A DNA stretch of 27,749 nucleotides. Source: Azolla caroliniana (taxonomy: Eukaryota > Plantae > Polypodiophyta). Location of the stretch: positions 1 through 27,749 of the forward strand of contig JBHGNT010000408.1 of assembly GCA_043228905.1 (NCBI GenBank), given 5' to 3'. Positions 20,610 through 27,749 of this stretch are shown here, piece after piece. The position numbers were made by a program, and so were the translations under genes. Below the pieces are notes generated by a model that was given only the letters and a program-made list of their open reading frames with translations, did not search any database and was not told the origin of the DNA. Each line of letters starts with the position of its first letter. The stretch's first letter is position 1.

Positions 20610-21180
20610 GTTTCTTAGCAAAAACACCCATGTCATGCTAGTACAATCATCAATAAAGGAAATGAACCAACATACTCCAGAAATATTAGGAATGGTAGAT
20701 GGGCCCCATACATCTCCAACTATTTCTAATAGGAAGATTTCTCCTCATATGCTTTCCAAATTCACAAATTTCACATTGAAATATATGTAGTAAGGATGAT
20801 TGATGGGTTATGGAATCAGTCTCTCCTGAGTCTACAAGCCAAGCATTTCTATTATCTGAGACATTTAATCGAATGGAAATGGGAAACTCACTTGAATGTA
20901 TCAATGCTCTTGTATATGTAGGCTTCTATTTGTTTTTTCTGTGGTGTTTCTTGTTTTTGTTGTGGTTGTTCTTCTTTTTTCTGTGTATATCAGATTGATT
21001 GGCTTTTTGCTTATTTCCCAAATCTGAACTGGATGGCGGTGGTTTGCCATTAAGCTTCCAATATTTTTCCCAAAATTCTGGTGTCTTTTTGCAATAGTTG
21101 CAAAATAAGTTCTTATTTTGATGACTTTGCGTATTATTCCTCCTATATTTGCATATCATGGTCACATCTTTGCACACTCC
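20610..21180 (-). mobile_element. Ty1/Copia gag-protease-integrase fragment, internally deleted
   Basis: Minus strand in order: zinc-knuckle remnant CNYCKK..WKLNGKPP, protease WLVDSGET, CEICEFGKH.R, integrase DVWGPSTIPNISG..WFISFIDDCTSMTWVFLL. Confidence 0.9.
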
Positions 21181-21439
21181 TCAAATGGAAAAGTAAACAA
21201 AGGCACAAACTTGGGAAGGAGAAAACATGATTGGCATGAATAAAGATATGACATTTGGGGTTGAAGAATAGCTGGGTAAACGAATATAGGGATGTTAACA
21301 GTTAAGACTTCTTTCTATAAAAGACCAGAGGCTTTCTGGTACTGTGAGTTGATATTCTGCTCAGAATGATGCAAAATCAAAGCATTAAAATTTGACTTAA
21401 AACTGAATATCTTTATATTATCTTGTTATCCACCTCGTT

Positions 21440-23030
21440 GCAACGTGGCATACACATGATCAGAATCAAAATTCTGCTTGGGAAAGGAAAGGTGGCATAC
21501 ACACAATTGCCCAGATACTAGGTTGTAATGTTGACAAGACCTTGGTTTCCCTACTGAAAGCTGCTTGTGCTCAACTCTCTTGTGGATATGCAGCCCATGG
21601 TGCCCTTGAAAGAATCATGAACTAAATTGTGGTTGTTCGATACACTAATAATGCCGAATCTCCTCTGAAGTAGAAAATTGGGGGCAGGGGGAGCTTTCAT
21701 AGGGCACACAACTGGACAGATTTGGAGTTCAATTTGGTCTCAATGATTGCCTTCATGGTACGGAGCAAAGCATTGGTGCCCCATGATATAATCTAGGCCG
21801 AGACATTCATTGAATCAATACTGATATCCAATGGATGTGAGAGCCTCATCAAAACAGTTGGCTGAACATGGAGATAATCATTATTAGTAGCTGAAATGCA
21901 AGAATGGTTCCAGTCACATGGCATAAATATAAATGCACTAACCCTATTCTAATATATAGTTCGGATTGGCCACCCTGAATATGACCAAAGTGGAAAAGAA
22001 TTGAGTGATCTGAATTGATTCATTAAATTGGATAATGAAATAGAATAGGTCATCTCCACAACATCTCTTGGTAGGAAAATGGCCAACTATCAGTCACTAT
22101 TTCTACACAAATCAAAGGATAGATTTATGATCAGTGCTTATATGAATAGACATCTATTCCATGTCCTTTGTGTGTGATGGGACAACTTAGAACCTCTCCA
22201 TATCAGTTAGCAATTGAGATAGGTACATATGCACACAAATCTATGCAAGAACAGATCTGCCAATTGTGCCATTGGGGGTTGGAATTGGAGGAACACTATG
22301 TTTGCCGTTGTCTGGTAGATGGATACACCGTTGCCTCATTAGACAAGGCTTTTGCCCATCATGCAACGTAATGGAATACAAAGACCAAAGGTGCTTGGGA
22401 CTATTCTTTCTAGAATTCAAGAGACACAGAGGGAAGTTGTCAAGGACAACAATACAACCACAATAGCTCATCAACAAAGAACCATTGTAACGTTTCTTTA
22501 GCTCCATCACAGAGGGAAGTTGTCAAGGACAACAATACAACCACAATAGCTCATCAACAAAGAACCATTGTAACGTTTCTTTAGCTCCATCATCCCTCAT
22601 GGTATAGTTCAATCAAGGGCCACACAAATGGGGTCTCAACTAGACACTCGAAAGAGGTTTACAATAAATCGAGAAAAAGAAAATTGTCATTGAAAAGAAA
22701 AATAATGCAAGTAGGCCATGGTCATGTAGACCATGGCTTCATCACCCTTGTCATCGACAAGTAAAGGCCGTTATCACCCAGTATCAAAGGTGCTTCCTTC
22801 AACTCAGAGACCTCTCCATCTTGAATTAACCCATGTTCGAAATCCTTTGAAGAAGTTTCAGTTTTCGAAGTTCAGAATATTAAGTTCTTAGTGAATGAGA
22901 TCCTTTGTTACATTTCTTGTTTTGCTTTATTGTTCTTAAAGATGAGACACATATTTTAAGATGTAATCTCTCATTAGGTCTTATAGGTCATTCTGGCCTC
23001 TCAAAAGGCATTAATATATCCTTCTTTTTT
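21440..23030 (+). mobile_element. Degraded LINE copy A (post-RT region, zinc finger, 3'UTR, terminal stem-loop)
   Basis: TKLWLFDTLI (~21620), WFQSHGININAL (~21905), GQLRTSPYQLAIEIG..CQLC..EEHYVCRC (22168-22320), 3' motif at 22961-23020. Confidence 0.85.
22425..22592. repeat. Perfect tandem duplication, 2 x 83 bp with CA microhomology
   Basis: CACAGAGGGAAGTTGTCAAGG...TTTAGCTCCAT starts at 22425 and 22508. Confidence 0.95.
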
Positions 23031-23227
23031 CTACATAGAAAGATATTTTTTCTTTCGTTACTTGCATTGATGAGTTAAACATACACAATTATAATCTTTT
23101 CAGATCTCATTAGCCCTTTATAGACGTTAATAGTTCATACTTTCTTTGTTTTTGCATTCTTTGATATGTTTCCCAACATCTTGGAAAGGTGTTTGTATAA
23201 AGATGCATTCACTTATCTACTACTCAT

Positions 23228-23460
23228 TTTGGAGACCTCTATATCTTGTATATCAGTTCATGTTGGAGATCTTTTGAAGGCAGAAATTTTAGTCTATTTA
23301 AATTTAGAATGTTAAGTGCTTAGCTAATGAGATTATTTGGAACCTTAGAAATCATAAGCTCAAGTGTCTAAATAGACAACATTTTAATATGTGATCTCTC
23401 GTTAAGTCCCATAGCTATTTTGGTCTCTTAAAATATGCTAATATGCCTTTCTTTCTACAT
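23228..23460 (+). mobile_element. LINE 3'UTR-only fragment (copy D)
   Basis: GAGACCTCTATATCTTG..GAGATCTTTTGAAGG is similar to ~22805-22852, ~24258-24305 and ~25951-25998. Decayed terminal motif at ~23388-23450. Confidence 0.65.
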
Positions 23461-23599
23461 ATATTTGTTTTGATGCTGGATTCATTAGTCTATACACACT
23501 GGTATAGGAACTTATATGTTGCTAGCATTAGTTTCACATGAACAAAATAGGTTTCTATGAGTACTCTCTGCATGAATACACAAAGGCATTCTATGACAT

Positions 23600-24510
23600 T
23601 CCTGAGTAGCGCCCTCGTGCCTCACTACAAATCACTTTTTACACACATCGGAGGATGGATTCATTATTAGGCCACCTTCTATGGACATACATCTACACTG
23701 CACAGTTTGATAGGGCAGTTGCGAACTTCATCACATCAGTTAGAGATTGAGGTACGTAGATATACACGAATACCTCTAGAAGAAGGAATTTGCCAATTGT
23801 GTCATCAAGGAATGGGATCCAAAGAAAACTATGTTTGTCACTGTATTGTCTTTTATGAAATAAGAGGGAGATACCATTGCCTCTTCAAACAAGGCTTTGG
23901 CCCACTACGCAAGGTGATAGAATATGAGGACCAACAGTGTCTAGGACTTTTCTTCTAGAACTCAAGAGACATCGGGAAAAGTTGTTGAAGGACAATAGCA
24001 TAGCCACACAAGCTCATTCACAAAGAACAATCCCAACTTTCTTTAGCCCCATCACTCCTACTAATGCTCAAGTCAATCAAGGGCTACACAAATGGGCTCC
24101 TGATCAGGACATAACAAAGGGGTTACAATAGTTTGGGCAATAGCAATTCGTTGTGCATGTAGGCCTAGTACCGCGGACCGCAGAGCACAACCTCAACACC
24201 CTTGTCATTGACAAAAAGGCCATTATCTCCCGCCATCGCAGGTGTTTCCCTCACGTCAGAGAACTCTCCATTCTGGATCAACCTATTGTGGAGATCTTTC
24301 GAAGACAAAAGTTGTAATATATCTAACTTGAGAATCTTACATGTGTGAAAACCAGATTCTTTAGTCTCTTTTTATCTTATTTACTTAGTAATATTTGCTT
24401 TATTTTGATTTGTGGTTCTCAAAGACGAGAGAACACTTAAGATGTAATCTCTTGTTTGGTCCTTTAGGCCATTGTGGCCTCTTAGAAGACATTAATATAT
24501 ATTTCTTTCT
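23600..24510 (+). mobile_element. 5'-truncated LINE copy B
   Basis: IGQLRTSSHQLEIEV.RY.RIPLEEGICQLC..YVCHC.VFYEIRGRY (23707-23958); 3'UTR colinear with copy A; terminal stem-loop at 24459-24490 and TTTC-type tail. Confidence 0.88.
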
Positions 24511-24514
24511 TGTT

Positions 24515-26280
24515 AGCGGTGCATATATCATTGTACCCATCTTGAAGAAGGGAAATCCCATGGGCCATGACATGTAGTAGCTATAGGACAATCATGATTG
24601 ACCATTTCCTGGCCAAACACAGCATGATCCACAGTCAATATTGAGTGTGTGGGCCAATAGAAATGACTGCCATTCAGTTGGACAAGCAGGTTTCTGCAAA
24701 GGGTTCACCACTTCGGGTCAAATATTGGCCCATGAAGCCCCTTGTTGAGAAGGAAAAACCAATAAAAGGAGAATCTTTTGTTGCTTTTTGGATATCTGGA
24801 GAGGTTTCGACTCTGTACCATGTGTTTCACTCCTGCAATGACTAGATACGTGGTGGATACGCAATGGAAAATCTTTGCACTATGTAAATCAATGTTAGGA
24901 AAGTTGCATGCTCCTAAGGGTTGCTAGAGGTTGTGGCTAGTATGATTGGAGCATAACAAGATCAATTACTCTGAACGGTCTTTATATAGACAAGGCATCT
25001 TATCACATTGAGAGGTAAACCTTGATCGAACTAGAGTTATGTTGTTTTATACCATTCAAGCATGGTTAATCATAACTGGAATTCTTCTTGGGAGAGGAAA
25101 GATGGCACACACAAGATCGTACACTTACCTAAGAGTAACATTCACATGTCCTCAGTTCTCACTATATTCTTCTTTGTGGATATACAAATTGTCTTTCAAG
25201 AGCCACAAACAAAATTGTGGTTTTTTGATACACTTGTAACACCAGCTCGTCTCTACAGAATTGCATTAATATAAATGCATCACCCCATTTCGATATAGCT
25301 TGGATGTCCACCAAAGTAGAGAAAATAAAGTGATTCGAACTGGTATTAATAAGGCCCTCCTTTTACACATAAAGTCATATATGAATTTATCATCAAACCC
25401 TCTTATATGGAAGCACATCTATCTCATTTTTTCCCATAGGGTGATAGGGGTTGCTCAGGAACTCTTCACATCTGTTGACATTGAGACAGGCAGACATGCA
25501 CACAAACCTATGGAAGAATAGATCTGCCAATTGTTCCAGCAAATGTGGAATCAGAGGAGCACAATGCTTGTCACTGTATTACTTTTGATGAAGTACGCGA
25601 GAGACACTAGTGCCTCTGTCAAGATGGCTTTGGCCCTATCCGTAAGGTAATGGAATACAAATATCATAGATGTTTGGGACTGTTCTTGCCAGAAATCAAG
25701 AGACAAAGAGTAATTGAAAGATAACAACACGAACACAAAAACTTTCTTTTGCGTCATCATTCGTCGTGTTACAAATCAATCCAGGGTAACTAGTGGGGAT
25801 TCAACCACGACATTCGAAAGTGGTTACGTTAGACTGGGCAGTAGTAATTTTTTCATGCACATAGGCCATGTCCATCTGGACATTGGACTGCCACTCCTCT
25901 TATAGACAAATCAAGACCATCATCCGAAACCTGTGGTCATTCCCTAGCTTCAGATGCCTCTCCATCTTGAATCACCCCAATTAGGTATCTTTTGAAGGCA
26001 GCAGTTTTAATCCATGCAAGCTCAAAGATAAGATTATCTGGCGCTTTTAGCTTCAGAGGCGTCTCCATCATGAATCACCCCATTTAGGAATATCTTTTGA
26101 AGGCAGCAGTTTTTTAGTCCATCCAAGCTCAAAGATAAGATTTATCTGGCGCTTTAGGCAGTTTTTCTAGTTTAGTCATATTTATTTTTTGTTTCTAACA
26201 TTTTTGGGTCATAATCTCTCTTTCGGTCTCATGAGCTATCGTGGCCTCTTAAAAGACATTATATATCATTCTTGCTTTCT
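24515..26280 (+). mobile_element. Degraded, internally deleted LINE copy C including RT remnants
   Basis: IIVPILKKG..SYRTIMI.H.LAK (~24525-24618), FVAF.D...FDSVP (~24777-24820), VNLDRTRVMLF, YTYL.VTF, TKLWFFDTLVTP, DIETGRH..PMEE*ICQL; terminal motif at ~26210-26270. Confidence 0.8.
25945..26157. repeat. Diverged tandem duplication, 2 x ~103-110 bp, in LINE 3'UTR
   Basis: TAGCTTCAGA.GC.TCTCCATC.TGAATCACCCCA...ATCTGGCGCTTT starts at 25945 and 26048. Confidence 0.9.
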
Positions 26281-27749
26281 GGATTTTCAGGGTATTCATT
26301 TGCCAAGTCTCTCCTCTTGACACGCATTTGAGTGAGATTCTGCATGATGTATTTTAACTTTTTTGAAGTTCAACAAAGTATCCTCCTATCCTTCCATTTG
26401 ATCTTATCTACGTAACACCTTTTTGATTATCTAGTTGGGCACAGTCCCTTTCCATCGTCTCTATCATCTTGATCATCTTTCTGTTGCGTGTAGAGGTAGA
26501 TTATGTTGCCACTTGGCTGTTGGCGATTATTACTCTTTTTTCAAGCTCGGATTGAAAGACAGACATGTCTATATATTTTATTGTAAATTAACATTGTCTC
26601 TAGATTCATTCATCCCGGTGGTATCCCCAAACTGAGTGACCCAAATAGAGGTCTCATCAGGCCTTGAAACCCAATGTGGCCGAAGGTATACCATACAAAG
26701 AGAGGGAAGATGAGAACTTAAGAGAAGTTATGGAGAGTTAAAGAGTAGAAGAAATAAGCAATAAGCAGTGCAGCTAACTTTATCTACATAAATGATGTGA
26801 TTATTTCAGTCTTCATTCATACATATTGTTGAGGTGATGTGATGCCTCATCATGATTTGTAGTTCTTGAATAATTGATCAAAGTAAACACAGGACTCTTC
26901 ACTTATGTTCTATGATATGATGATCTTGGCAATTGATACATGTGTCATGGAAGGCTTTTGAGCCTTCAAATGATGGATGGGATGAAAACCCGCTGCCTTT
27001 CCCACTTGGCCATGCCCCACAGAGAATCAATGCAATGCCATGATTTATGATTTTATAGTTTATGAGTCAGAATCTAAATTAGTCAATGGAATAAGTTAAT
27101 GATATGTGTCTAGGATTTGGATCTCTATAATATGTGCCTTGCAACCATTCCTGGTTATAGTTTTTTGGGAATCGGATAGGATTTGCGATTCTTTGGATAT
27201 TATCCTCTCAATTGAGGGAATCATTTATTAGATAAACAAGATTTCCACCATCACACAAAAGTAATAATAGCCGATCAAAATCATCTTACATCAGCTGCCA
27301 CAGAAGACATGCTTCAGAATGGATTCAAATAAGAAAGACATGCGTGGCAATGAAATATCAGTGACCTTATCACAACATATTATATAGTTTCTAACTAGCC
27401 TGATTGTTTTGAGAATTTGACTCATTTTGATTCTGATTCATAATGGCAAAATTTTATTATGAAAGAACAAAAAAACATTTCAGTGTGTTGAAATGTATTA
27501 ATTTAGCATTTGGGTTATAATCACATTTATGCTTATATTGATTCACCATTCACAATGATGGTTTATATCTGTGAAACAACATATTCAAACACGATCATGG
27601 CAAAGAAATTATATCAAGATATAGATAAGAGATGTAATTTTTTTACATATTCTGGGTATATAATGATTATATCAGTCTTCTGTATATAATTGACCTAAAG
27701 TAGATTTTTATGCATTTACAACTACAAAATGGAGCTATGTCCAAGGTTT

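Noticed and set aside
26300-27749. Possible further exons or DYW remnant of the PPR gene
   Set aside because: AT-rich, no long ORF, and no HxE/CxxC or PG-box motif seen.

Overview
AT-rich land-plant nuclear DNA; a fern is likely given the style of the PLS-PPR and the LINE families, but this is inference. Two divergent genes are present. (1) On the minus strand, an OBERON-family gene (PHD_Oberon finger plus C-terminal coiled coil, OBE3/OBE4-like) with a phase-consistent GT-AG intron at 6548-6876. Its long low-complexity N-terminal part is split into a 420-aa ORF and an 885-aa ORF by a single -1 frameshift near 9511-9565, and is preceded by a chain of short upstream ORFs, a GA satellite and a 4-copy 88-bp minisatellite. 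(2) On the plus strand, a ~919-aa PLS-class PPR protein that starts in an (ATG)7 run, stops after E1 (no E2/DYW), and is followed by candidate 3'UTR introns. The rest is mobile-element debris: a solo LTR with an exact 5-bp TSD (313-763), about seven fragments of a LINE group with a C-terminal zinc finger (several share a covarying 3' stem-loop), a deleted and internally inverted Copia relic, a probable L1 relic, MITE candidates and local tandem duplications. I found no convincing wholly new system. The best leads are the frameshifted OBERON locus with its ORF chain and the LINE 3' RNA structure.
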